Virus record (IMG/VR): IMGVR_UViG_3300028830_000309
From: a virus
DNA: 64,000 nucleotides
Direction: 5' to 3' (one strand)
Shown: one piece after another, positions 28,681 through 37,068 of the stretch
Layout of the letters: each line of letters begins with the position of its first letter
How positions within the stretch are numbered: the first letter of the stretch is position 1
Made by a program: the position numbers and the translations under genes
Notes under the pieces: model-generated
What the model was told of the DNA's origin: nothing
Databases searched by the model: none
What the model saw: the letters and a program-made list of their open reading frames with translations, nothing else

Positions 28681-28913
28681 CCACCCCCGAGACGCCCGAC
28701 TCGAACCTCGCTGCCTACCTGATCTTCAAGGGGGTGTTCTTCACGTACCGCGTCGCGGATGAGCTCGGCCGTAAGCGCATCTTCTTCGGCTTTCCGAAGA
28801 TCACGTCCGAGAAGTTCCACGAGATCGAGCAGGAGTACCTCAACTCCGAGATGCAGGACTACGTCGACGCCCAGCGCAAGGTGAAGAACGTCGTCAGGAA
28901 CCTGGCGACCTAA
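28677..28913 (+). CDS. Small phage protein, DUF5659-like
   Basis: DSNLAAYLIFKG...FFGF...YVDAQRKVK resembles the DUF5659 pattern as recalled, not searched. Confidence 0.5.
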   Translation: MTTPETPDSNLAAYLIFKGVFFTYRVADELGRKRIFFGFPKITSEKFHEIEQEYLNSEMQDYVDAQRKVKNVVRNLAT

Positions 28914-28989
28914 GCCACTTATTTTCAATCGCTTGCGGAGACGTACGCCTCCACCACCGCGAGCGGATGATCCCCCGTGTGGATTCTCC

Positions 28990-29017
28990 TTGACGGATAC
29001 CGTACTGATGGTATCCT
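28990..29017 (+). promoter_or_regulatory. Sigma70-like promoter overlapped by a palindromic operator
   Basis: TTGACG-N16-TATCCT with TGn extension; GGATACC-N8-GGTATCC spans 28995-29016. Confidence 0.55.
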
Positions 29018-29311
29018 CATCATCGATGGATGGGATGTGGCACCAGCAGCATGCGACCTGGGGGAGACAGGACGTCCTCCTCATCGGGCGCAGCTCAGCC
29101 ACCCATCTGGAGGCGAAAGATGAAGGGAACACCACTGATCCGAGGACCGACTCGATTCGGCAGCTCATGGCCGTGATGGATTCCCGGTACCTCAAGGAGG
29201 AGAAGCGAAGTGAAACACGATGTGAACCAGAAGGCGCGCGCACCGCCCCATGCAACACCGCCGGCACGCCTCGACAGGCACCGCCAAGCTACAGAAATAA
29301 GGAAGACTTCA

Positions 29312-29563
29312 ATGACGAAAAAGTTTCAGTTTGTCGTGAACGAGCGGCTATCCGACACGCTCGAGACCCTGAAGACCAAGACCGGTCGGGACACGTACGC
29401 CGAGGTTCTGAGAGACGCCCTTCGCACCTACCTCTGGGTGGTCCAGGAGTACGAGAAGGGGAACGAGATCATCGCCAAGAACAGAGACCCGCAGACCTTC
29501 AACCCTTTCGCCGCCAACGTTGCGGTGCCTATCCGAACACCAGCCGTAACCACGCGCTCGTAG
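29312..29563 (+). CDS. Ribbon-helix-helix (CopG/Arc-like) DNA-binding protein
   Basis: MTKKFQFVVNERLSDTLETLKTKTGRDTYAEVLRDALRTY; purine-rich AAGGAAG upstream. Confidence 0.75.
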   Translation: MTKKFQFVVNERLSDTLETLKTKTGRDTYAEVLRDALRTYLWVVQEYEKGNEIIAKNRDPQTFNPFAANVAVPIRTPAVTTRS

Positions 29564-29618
29564 GGTCGACCACCGACCCTGCGGGCGCGAGCTCTCAGAG
29601 CACGAGGAGAACGCGCCC

Positions 29619-30149
29619 ATGCCCAACCAACAACCGGACTCGCCCCTAAGACGACTCCTAGACGACATCAAGACCTACACCCCCGACGCTGACCAACCGG
29701 AGCTCACCGACCTCCAGGAGGTCGTCCCACCGCTCGTCGATGCGGCGATCAGGCTCGACGACCAGGAGCGGCGCCGCGAGATGGTCGAAACCATCTTCCG
29801 GTGCGTCGCCGCGCTGACCGTGGCGGCGATGACCCTGCTCGCCTTCGTCCTGGTCGCTCCGGTGATCTGGAAAGGCTACGTCGTCCCGCCCTGGGTCCCC
29901 CAACTACTCGGGATGAGCGGCCTGCTCGGCATGATCGGCCTCGTCGTCCGGTTCCTCACCGGCCCGAAGGCGGCCGAGTGGATGTTCCCGTCCACGACGA
30001 CACCGAACCAGCACAACGGGAAGTCCGCTCGAGGACCTGCCATACCGTCCCGGAAGGTCAAGAGGAAGACCGGCGAGGTATCCCAACAGCTCCTGGAGGC
30101 AAAGACCTCGGGGAGTCCGCCGGGCTCGGCCATCAACAACGTCCCGTAA
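29619..30149 (+). CDS. Two-TM membrane protein (moron)
   Basis: SD GAGGAG; hydrophobic segments IFRCVAALTVAAMTLLAFVLVAPVIW and LLGMSGLLGMIGLVVRFL. Confidence 0.65.
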   Translation: MPNQQPDSPLRRLLDDIKTYTPDADQPELTDLQEVVPPLVDAAIRLDDQERRREMVETIFRCVAALTVAAMTLLAFVLVAPVIWKGYVVPPWVPQLLGMSGLLGMIGLVVRFLTGPKAAEWMFPSTTTPNQHNGKSARGPAIPSRKVKRKTGEVSQQLLEAKTSGSPPGSAINNVP

Positions 30150-30181
30150 GAAGGGTCGCCGATCCGCTACGAAACACCAGT

Positions 30182-30227
30182 CCGGACCGAGCCCGTCCGA
30201 CGCCCCTACTCGGAACGGGCGGTCCGG
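30182..30227. repeat. Long imperfect inverted repeat at the end of the moron
   Basis: CCGGACCG/CGGTCCGG, CCCGT/ACGGG and CCGA/TCGG nested stems. Confidence 0.6.
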
Positions 30228-30302
30228 GGTTTAGGAGGCCGTTGACCGTTCTTGCCACGCGCCTCACCCTCAGACCGAACCCCCACACCAACCCCTCCCC
30301 GC

Positions 30303-30734
30303 ATGGCTAACACCACCCAGGTCGAGAACCAGAAGGACGGGCAGCGCGTCTCGCCTGTCTGGCTGCCGTTCACCGTCACGTACGCCCAGCTCGCGACTGC
30401 TGGCCTCACGAACAACATCACGCTCTTCAACCTCGGCGCGAACGAGGTCATCCACGCCGTGAAGATCGAGCCCGTCGCCTCCTTTGCGGGTGGCGCAATC
30501 GCCACGTACACGCTCTCGGTCGGCATCACCGGCACGCTGGCGAAGTACGCCGCGGCCTACGACGTGCTCCAGGCGCCAGGCGCGACCGTCTTCCAGCTCT
30601 CGACGACCGTCGGCATGGAGAGCCTGACCGCTGCGACCGCCATCAAGGTAGCTGCCGTCTCGACGGTGGCGAACCTGAGCGCTGCCACGGCCGGCATCGC
30701 CACGATCTCGGTGCTCGTCTCCCAGGCCTTCTAG
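30303..30734 (+). CDS. Probable head decoration/spike-base protein
   Basis: ATG 30303; Ala/Thr/Val-rich beta-strand protein in the head module. Confidence 0.55.
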   Translation: MANTTQVENQKDGQRVSPVWLPFTVTYAQLATAGLTNNITLFNLGANEVIHAVKIEPVASFAGGAIATYTLSVGITGTLAKYAAAYDVLQAPGATVFQLSTTVGMESLTAATAIKVAAVSTVANLSAATAGIATISVLVSQAF

Positions 30735-30800
30735 GTCCGATCCGCTCACGGGGGGTGACGTCGCGTCGCCCCTCGGCCTGCGTACCGAACCACCCTCCCC

Positions 30801-31199
30801 ATGGCCGACATCGAATCCAGCGTCCTCCGGGCCTCGACGACCCTGACGAACTCCTACGTCTCGAGTAGCACCGCGCAGACTGGGAACACCGGGCGCATGG
30901 ACATCGCGCTCCAGTTCACGCTCGCGTCCCTGACCTCGCTCCAGGTCAAGGTGCTGTTCTCCGAGGACGGCACCACCTTCGAGTACCTGCAGAAGGAGGA
31001 GTCGACGTCCGGCAGCGGCGTCATTACCGCCTACCCAGCCATCTTCACGTACCTGCCTGCCGACTGGGGCACGGCAGCCATCGGCGCGCGCATCCGTCTG
31101 CCCCACACAGCCAAGCTCGTGAAGATCCAGGCCGTGGGCAACGGCACGCTCACGAGTTCCCTCCTCGCAGCAACCCTCGTTGAGGGCGACGACGACTGA
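30801..31199 (+). CDS. Probable virion structural (head spike-base-like) protein
   Basis: 132 aa with a beta-strand pattern (LQVKVLFSEDGTTF); part of a decoration cluster. Confidence 0.5.
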   Translation: MADIESSVLRASTTLTNSYVSSSTAQTGNTGRMDIALQFTLASLTSLQVKVLFSEDGTTFEYLQKEESTSGSGVITAYPAIFTYLPADWGTAAIGARIRLPHTAKLVKIQAVGNGTLTSSLLAATLVEGDDD

Positions 31200-31201
31200 C
31201 C

Positions 31202-32386
31202 ATGGAATACGGCTACGGAAATCCCCAACACTACGGCGGAGGCGGTGCGGCGGGCTTCACGCCCGACCAGGTCGTGGTCGTTTCCGGATCGACGTGGAAC
31301 TCGTACAGCACGATCGCCGCGGCAAAGGGGGTCGCGATCTCCTACGACACTATCCTCGTCGGTCCTGGCACGTACGACGAGAACAACCTGCTGAAGAACA
31401 ACGTCAACTACTACTTCTACCCGGGGGCGAAGGTCAGCTACACCGGCGCTGCCGGCAACGTCAACTGCGGCATCTTCGACAACGGTGCGCAGGGAGCGAA
31501 CACCGCGGTCGCCTGCACGATCGGCGGCTACGGAGAGTTCACGTACGCCGGGGGAGGCACACCGACGTGCGGCATCCTCAACATCGGAAAGGCTGCTCAG
31601 ATCAGCGTGGAGGGCTGCTTGTTCTCGTCAACCCGCGGCTGCGTGAAGGTCATCGACACTGCCTGGACGTCCGTCGTCCACGTCAACGTCAAGAAGATCT
31701 CCACCACAGCCGGTAGCGTCGCAGGCGTCATGCTCACCGAGGGTGACTCCCTCTACGTCGAAGCGGACCTGATCGAGAACACCGCCGGCACGACCATCGA
31801 CATCTCCTCGGACGACCCGAACTCGGGGAACGTCTACATCCACGCGAAGCAGATCGCCTCCACGCTCGGTTACGCGGCGATCCAGACCGACAATTACGGC
31901 AAGCTCTGGGTGGAGGTGGACGGCCCGATCGTGGCCACCGAGTGCCCGGCCATCTACTTCAACTCTGGTCCGATCCGCTCGCACATTAAGGCGCAGAGCA
32001 TCCAGACCAAGGGCTTCTTCACCACCCCGGCGATCAGGTGCGTGGCCAACGCCGACTCGACGGTGGATTGTCCCTACATCACGTCGAACTACACCGGCGA
32101 GGTCGTCCGCTTCGACTCGGCCGGCACGCTGCGCCTCATCGATAGCCGGGTCGTGAGCACCGGCACGAACGGCAAGGCAGCGTACCTCGTGAGCGGTGGT
32201 CGCTTCGAGACGCACGGGGACTGCGCCTTCGTCTCGGACAGCGGTGCGACCGACTCCATCACCGGCGCCTCGGGCGTGAACATCTACAACTACGGATCGA
32301 TCCGCGGCAACAAGGCCCTCGGCCTCACGGGTGGCGGCAAGGTGCTGGGCGGTTCCTACGTCTTCGACGACTCTAACGTCGCCTGA
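31202..32386 (+). CDS. Pectin-lyase-like beta-helix protein (probable head fibre)
   Basis: YSTIAAAK...DTILVGPGTYDE is the classic beta-helix cap, followed by Gly/Asn/Ile/Thr-rich rungs. Confidence 0.7.
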   Translation: MEYGYGNPQHYGGGGAAGFTPDQVVVVSGSTWNSYSTIAAAKGVAISYDTILVGPGTYDENNLLKNNVNYYFYPGAKVSYTGAAGNVNCGIFDNGAQGANTAVACTIGGYGEFTYAGGGTPTCGILNIGKAAQISVEGCLFSSTRGCVKVIDTAWTSVVHVNVKKISTTAGSVAGVMLTEGDSLYVEADLIENTAGTTIDISSDDPNSGNVYIHAKQIASTLGYAAIQTDNYGKLWVEVDGPIVATECPAIYFNSGPIRSHIKAQSIQTKGFFTTPAIRCVANADSTVDCPYITSNYTGEVVRFDSAGTLRLIDSRVVSTGTNGKAAYLVSGGRFETHGDCAFVSDSGATDSITGASGVNIYNYGSIRGNKALGLTGGGKVLGGSYVFDDSNVA

Positions 32387-32389
32387 TCC

Positions 32390-32848
32390 ATGCCTACTCA
32401 GAAGTTCGCCTATCCCATCCAGGCACCAGACAGCTCGAGCATCGCCACCGACAACGGAGCAGTCGCCGGCATCTTCTCGATCTCGGAGGAGATCACCCTG
32501 GACACCGGCGCCGCGTTCACCGACTCCACGGCTGACCTCCTCCCAGGAGCCAGCCTCATCCTCGCGGTCACCGGCTACATCACGGTCGCGATCACGGGCG
32601 GGGGCGTCACGCAGTGGGAACTTGGAGATCCGACCACGCAGGGACGCTTCCACGACATCCTCGCTACGCTCACGATCGGCGCGTCCTACGTCGGCCTGAA
32701 GCACCTGCGCGGGTCGATCACGACGGACGCAGCCGGGCCGACGCAGGCGACCGCGGACAAGGTCAGGATCACCCTCGACGGCACGCCGTCCGGCGGCAAG
32801 GTTCGGGTGACCACCTTCTACATCCCGTTCACCTCGGCCACGAGCTGA
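32390..32848 (+). CDS. Probable virion structural protein
   Basis: 152 aa, Thr/Gly/Ala-rich, similar composition to 30303-30734. Confidence 0.5.
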   Translation: MPTQKFAYPIQAPDSSSIATDNGAVAGIFSISEEITLDTGAAFTDSTADLLPGASLILAVTGYITVAITGGGVTQWELGDPTTQGRFHDILATLTIGASYVGLKHLRGSITTDAAGPTQATADKVRITLDGTPSGGKVRVTTFYIPFTSATS

Positions 32849-32905
32849 TCCACGGCTCGACGGATCGACGGTCCCTCCCCACGATGGGGCTGAACCCCCA
32901 CCGAC

Positions 32906-33571
32906 ATGGCCGTCATCACCGAAACCGCGTTCCGCGCTCGGCAGCGCGCTGAAGCACTGGACGCGGGCACCGACTACACCGACGCCGACTACAACGAGCT
33001 GCGCGACGACGCCCTGTCGGAGCTGGCGCGAGACGTTCCCGCCGACGCGTCCTCGAACATCTCCATCGTCTCGGGGACGAAGAGCTACCCGCTCCCCGCG
33101 GGCTTCATCACCATGGCGACATCGCGCACCATCCCGGGCTCGAGCTACTTCCCTGACGATGCGTCAGGGACGGTGCCCGTCTACCGCCTGGAGACCGACA
33201 CCCAGGGCGTACTCCTCCCCGATCGGGACTTCAGCTTCTTCGGCCTGAACCTGATCCTCGTCTCCGCCCCGACCGCGAACGCCACCTGGATCCTCTACTA
33301 CGGCGGCACGTACACGATCGCGACGCTCCCCGACACCTACGTGGGCCCGCTCCTCGAGCTGGCCACCGCCAAGCTCTTCGGACGCAAGCTCACCGACGCC
33401 GCGCAGAAGGGGTGGAGCTACCGCGCTGCATCGATCGGGGTCGACAAGACGAAGCTCGTGGACTCCTGGGAGACGGCGAAGAAGGCACGCCAGGCCGAGT
33501 ACGAGCGGCAGATCGGACCCTTCAAGACGAACGAGAACACCTTCGGCACCTTCGACTGGAACCGCCGCTAA
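32906..33571 (+). CDS. Head-tail adaptor protein
   Basis: Position before the closure and terminator genes; helical N- and C-termini flank a beta-rich insert (ISIVSGTKSYPLP). Confidence 0.6.
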   Translation: MAVITETAFRARQRAEALDAGTDYTDADYNELRDDALSELARDVPADASSNISIVSGTKSYPLPAGFITMATSRTIPGSSYFPDDASGTVPVYRLETDTQGVLLPDRDFSFFGLNLILVSAPTANATWILYYGGTYTIATLPDTYVGPLLELATAKLFGRKLTDAAQKGWSYRAASIGVDKTKLVDSWETAKKARQAEYERQIGPFKTNENTFGTFDWNRR

Positions 33572-33574
33572 CCC

Positions 33575-33955
33575 ATGGCAGGACTCATCACGAGCGCGGA
33601 TCGAACGGCCATGGACGCGAACCTGGCCTCCATCGTGGAGGACTGGGGCGTCACGGTTTCCATCAAGCGGCTCGTGGTCGACGGGAACAACCAGACGGCC
33701 CCGGAGGCGACCGCGCACCTCACGAGCGTGAAGATGTACATCGAGGGGGCCGACGCCTCGATCGCCATGGCGATGGGTATCCCCGTCGGCGAGGTCTTCA
33801 AGGGCATCACGAAGCACTACACCGTCCCCACCCAGATCCAGATGACCGACCTCGTGATCGCCGGGTCGACCACCTACAGCGTCGCCGGCATCTCCGACTA
33901 CCCCTCGCACCTCGAACTCGTGCTCACGACGAAGGTGGCTGACCTGACCTCCTGA
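33575..33955 (+). CDS. Head-closure (stopper) protein
   Basis: 126-aa beta-rich protein; DLVIAGSTTYSVAGI...HLELVL. Confidence 0.6.
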   Translation: MAGLITSADRTAMDANLASIVEDWGVTVSIKRLVVDGNNQTAPEATAHLTSVKMYIEGADASIAMAMGIPVGEVFKGITKHYTVPTQIQMTDLVIAGSTTYSVAGISDYPSHLELVLTTKVADLTS

Positions 33956-34425
33956 TGGCCCTCAAGCTCCACCGTGACGGCCTCGTGACGATCATGAACA
34001 CCGTGACCGCGGCGGCCTCGCTGAAGTTCGCGGCCGGGTACGAGTTCCCGACCCTGATGCAGGGCGACCCGAGCATCAAGTACCCGTTCTGGTGCACCGA
34101 GACCGCGCAGCCAGGCTCGCGGCCCTTCATGGACACCGTCAGCTCCGGCGGCGGAGGCGTGAATCACCAGGTCGTCGTGACGCGGATCCTGATGGTCGAA
34201 AAGATCCCCACGACCAAGGCGCGCTACGACGCATTCCTGGACACGTACGAAGCGGCGTTGACGGCCCTGCAGAAGGACTCGAACATCAGTCTCGGACAGG
34301 CCGCGAGCGGTTGCGTGAGGAACGAGATCGTCTCGGACGTCATCCAGACCCTCCGCGAGACCACCCCGCCCCTGGTCATCGGCATCATCACCTGCAGGGC
34401 CGAATACCAGGTGACCCGCACGTAA
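33955..34425 (+). CDS. Tail terminator/completion protein
   Basis: 156 aa; ALQKDSNISLGQAASGC pattern; located before the tail tube gene. Confidence 0.55.
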   Translation: MALKLHRDGLVTIMNTVTAAASLKFAAGYEFPTLMQGDPSIKYPFWCTETAQPGSRPFMDTVSSGGGGVNHQVVVTRILMVEKIPTTKARYDAFLDTYEAALTALQKDSNISLGQAASGCVRNEIVSDVIQTLRETTPPLVIGIITCRAEYQVTRT

Positions 34426-34438
34426 CACCCACCGCAAC

Positions 34439-34666
34439 ATGGCGCTCCCCACCGACAAGGCGTACATCAAGAACCCGAACCCCGATGGTCGCTCCGCTGA
34501 CGGCATCGGCATCGTCCCCAAGGGCGAGACCGTCGAGGTCACCGAGGCCCAGGCTGTCCTCCTCGCGGACGGCAACAACTTCGTGCGCGTTGACGGTCCT
34601 GCCGTCGCGTCGGAGAGTCAGGAGGACAAGCAGCCGACCAAGCGGCCCAAGACCCCCACCACCTGA
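34439..34666 (+). CDS. Small hypothetical protein preceding the tail tube
   Basis: 75 aa with phage-type leader. Confidence 0.55.
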   Translation: MALPTDKAYIKNPNPDGRSADGIGIVPKGETVEVTEAQAVLLADGNNFVRVDGPAVASESQEDKQPTKRPKTPTT

Positions 34667-34677
34667 CACACACCTGA

Positions 34678-35874
34678 ATGGCCTTCGGTTACAGCCAGCG
34701 CGGCTACGGCGCCATCATCAAGGAGAACACGGCCGGCACGGCCATCAAGCCGACCAACTACTTCAAGTTCGACACCGAGAGCATCGTCACCGGCTACGAG
34801 TCGGAGGTCCTCTCACCGGTGGCGAACACCCGCTCGCTCAACTACCAGATGGTGGCGGGTAAGAACGCCGCTCCGACGGGCACCATCTCCATGCCGGTGC
34901 AGATGCCGAGCATCGGGCACTTCCTCTCGGGCGCGTTCGGCAGTCCGACCACGACGGGCCCGACCGACAGCCTCTACACGCACGCCTTCGTCTCAACGGC
35001 GGCCGGCTCGATCCCGACCTACACGGTCGACATCGGCTACACCGACCAGCTCTGGGTGAACCGCTACGTGGGCGCCCGCTTCGGCGGGCTGAAGTTCACG
35101 CCGAACCAGCACAACGCCTGGTACTTCGACGCGACCCTCATGGCGCGGTACAGCTTCACCTCGGCGAAGCTCGCCGCAGGCACGACCGCTGGCGGCACCG
35201 CCCTCACGCTCGACTCCAACTACGGCCTCACCACCTCCGACAGCCTCATCCTCGGCGCCGGCACCGCGAACGAGGAGACCGTGACCATCTCGGCGGTGAA
35301 CGTGAACGGCATCGGCGTCACGTGCTCGATCACGGCGAACAACCACTCGGCGTCCGACCTGGTGCTCCTGAAGACCTCGACCCCCTCCTACTCGACGGCC
35401 ACCGACGCCTTCCAGTGGATGGGCGGCACGACCACGCAGATCGGTACGACGCTGGGCGGCGTGGCGACCGCGGCGATCTTCAAGGACTTCTCGCTCGACG
35501 TGTCCCAGGGCCTGGAGCCGATCTACGCGCCGAACGGCACGACGGACTTCTCCCGCTTCCCGATCGAGATCGTGGTCATGGGCTACGGCTCGACGGCCTC
35601 GATGCGCACGCACTTCACGAGCCGCCAGTACGACCAGTACATCAAGGACCGCCAGGACATCGCCGTGGACATCAGCTCGACCGGCAGCCTCGTGGGCGTC
35701 ACCTCGGTGGACACGTTCCAGCTGCAGATCCCGAAGCTCCGCATCGACCCGAGTGGCGTGAACCTCGGCGGCAACAAGACCCTGGAGCAGACCCTGGCGG
35801 GCAAGTGCGCCAACTCCGTGAGCGATGGCTTCGACATCAAGGCCATCATCAAGAACGCCACGGCCAGCTACTAA
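34678..35874 (+). CDS. Major tail (tube) protein with an internal inserted domain
   Basis: 398 aa; TYTVDIGY...NRYVGARFGGLKF tube pattern; followed by the chaperone and TMP genes. Confidence 0.8.
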   Translation: MAFGYSQRGYGAIIKENTAGTAIKPTNYFKFDTESIVTGYESEVLSPVANTRSLNYQMVAGKNAAPTGTISMPVQMPSIGHFLSGAFGSPTTTGPTDSLYTHAFVSTAAGSIPTYTVDIGYTDQLWVNRYVGARFGGLKFTPNQHNAWYFDATLMARYSFTSAKLAAGTTAGGTALTLDSNYGLTTSDSLILGAGTANEETVTISAVNVNGIGVTCSITANNHSASDLVLLKTSTPSYSTATDAFQWMGGTTTQIGTTLGGVATAAIFKDFSLDVSQGLEPIYAPNGTTDFSRFPIEIVVMGYGSTASMRTHFTSRQYDQYIKDRQDIAVDISSTGSLVGVTSVDTFQLQIPKLRIDPSGVNLGGNKTLEQTLAGKCANSVSDGFDIKAIIKNATASY

Positions 35875-35898
35875 GGAACACCCACACCAAGACCAACC

Positions 35899-35930
35899 GG
35901 GAGGGCCGCGCGGCCCTCCCTTTCGTGCTT
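35899..35930 (+). terminator. Intrinsic terminator-like hairpin after the tail tube gene
   Basis: GGGAGGGCC-GCGC-GGCCCTCCC-TTTCGTGCTT. Confidence 0.6.
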
Positions 35931-35982
35931 GCATCCAGCGCGCCGAATCAGGTAGCCATGGGGTGCCCCCAACCACACTGCC

Positions 35983-36345
35983 ATGCCAAGCACCCGCTCC
36001 ATCCACCTCGACGACGCGAACGCCGACGTCACCCTCGTCCTCGAGTACGGGGACATCCTCGCGATCGAACAGGCCGGGAACGAGACGATCCAGATCGACG
36101 CCGCGACCGGGGAGCGCAAGTTCAACGGGACGTTCATCACGGCGCGCAAGCAGGCGCTCCTCTCGATCGCGCGCGAGATCAAGTACCAGGGGCAGTCGGC
36201 CGTGCCGATCACAATGGACATCATCCGCAAGCTCTCGGTGAAGGACGGCAAGAAGCTGGAGGGATCGATCGCCGACCTCTACAACGAGGCGAACGCGGTG
36301 AACGACGAGGCGGACCCAAAAGGCTCGACCTCGAAGAAGCCGTAA
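35983..36345 (+). CDS. Tail assembly chaperone (gpG-like)
   Basis: 120 aa between the tube and TMP genes; slippery site near its 3' end. Confidence 0.75.
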   Translation: MPSTRSIHLDDANADVTLVLEYGDILAIEQAGNETIQIDAATGERKFNGTFITARKQALLSIAREIKYQGQSAVPITMDIIRKLSVKDGKKLEGSIADLYNEANAVNDEADPKGSTSKKP

Positions 36346-36557
36346 AGCGCGACGACGCCCACCCGGTTATCGACGAGATGCGCATGGTGGAGAAGTTCGG
36401 CGTGGGCATCCTCAAACTCCCCGCCGAGAAGGTCCTCGCGTGGCGACGGGTCCTGATTGCCGAACACGAGAATACGAAGCACGCTAAGGTCACCGCTTCC
36501 AAAGAAGGTGCGATCGCGGCCCTGATGAAGAGCCAGCAGGCGGTGCACCGAACCTGA
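36315..36557 (+). other. -1 programmed frameshift site (C CCA AAA, 36315-36321) and gpT-like extension to 36557
   Basis: XXXYYYZ heptamer in the correct phase; the -1 frame (PKRLDLEEAVKR...) stays open to TGA at 36555-36557. Confidence 0.75.
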
Positions 36558-36566
36558 CACCCACCC

Positions 36567-37067
36567 ATGGACGGTCTCCTGACCGCGGACATCGCCGGAC
36601 TCGAGAAGGCCACGTACTCCCTGGGTTCCCTCGCCGCGGGCCTCGGATCCATCGAGACGGGCGGCGCGCTCCACGGCGCCCTGGTGGACTCCATCATCGA
36701 GCTCAGCCAGGACGCGACGCTCGCCGTGAAGGCCGCCGCTCCCTACGCGAGCGGGCGGCTCCAGCAGTCGGTGAAGGCGTCGCTGTTCCCGAACCGCAGG
36801 CTCGCGTTCCTCCTCAAGGCCGGGGCCAAGAACAAGCAGGGCTACAACTACGGCTGGTTCACCGAGCTGGGCACGGATGAGGCGGCGAACCACGCCGTCG
36901 ACGCCATCGGCTACTCGCACGAGTCCGGCCGCAGCGCGCCGGAGCACTGGACCGGCATCGCGGCGCAGCACTGGTTCTCCGGCCCCGTGAAGCTCGTCCT
37001 GTCGGACGCGAACCGCGTCGTCGCACGGAACCTCGCGGACGCCCTCGACTCCCTCCTCTCACGCTGA
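36567..37067 (+). CDS. HK97 gp10-like tail component
   Basis: SGRLQQSV...YNYGWFTELGT...AAQHWFSGP. Confidence 0.7.
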   Translation: MDGLLTADIAGLEKATYSLGSLAAGLGSIETGGALHGALVDSIIELSQDATLAVKAAAPYASGRLQQSVKASLFPNRRLAFLLKAGAKNKQGYNYGWFTELGTDEAANHAVDAIGYSHESGRSAPEHWTGIAAQHWFSGPVKLVLSDANRVVARNLADALDSLLSR

Positions 37068-37068
37068 C

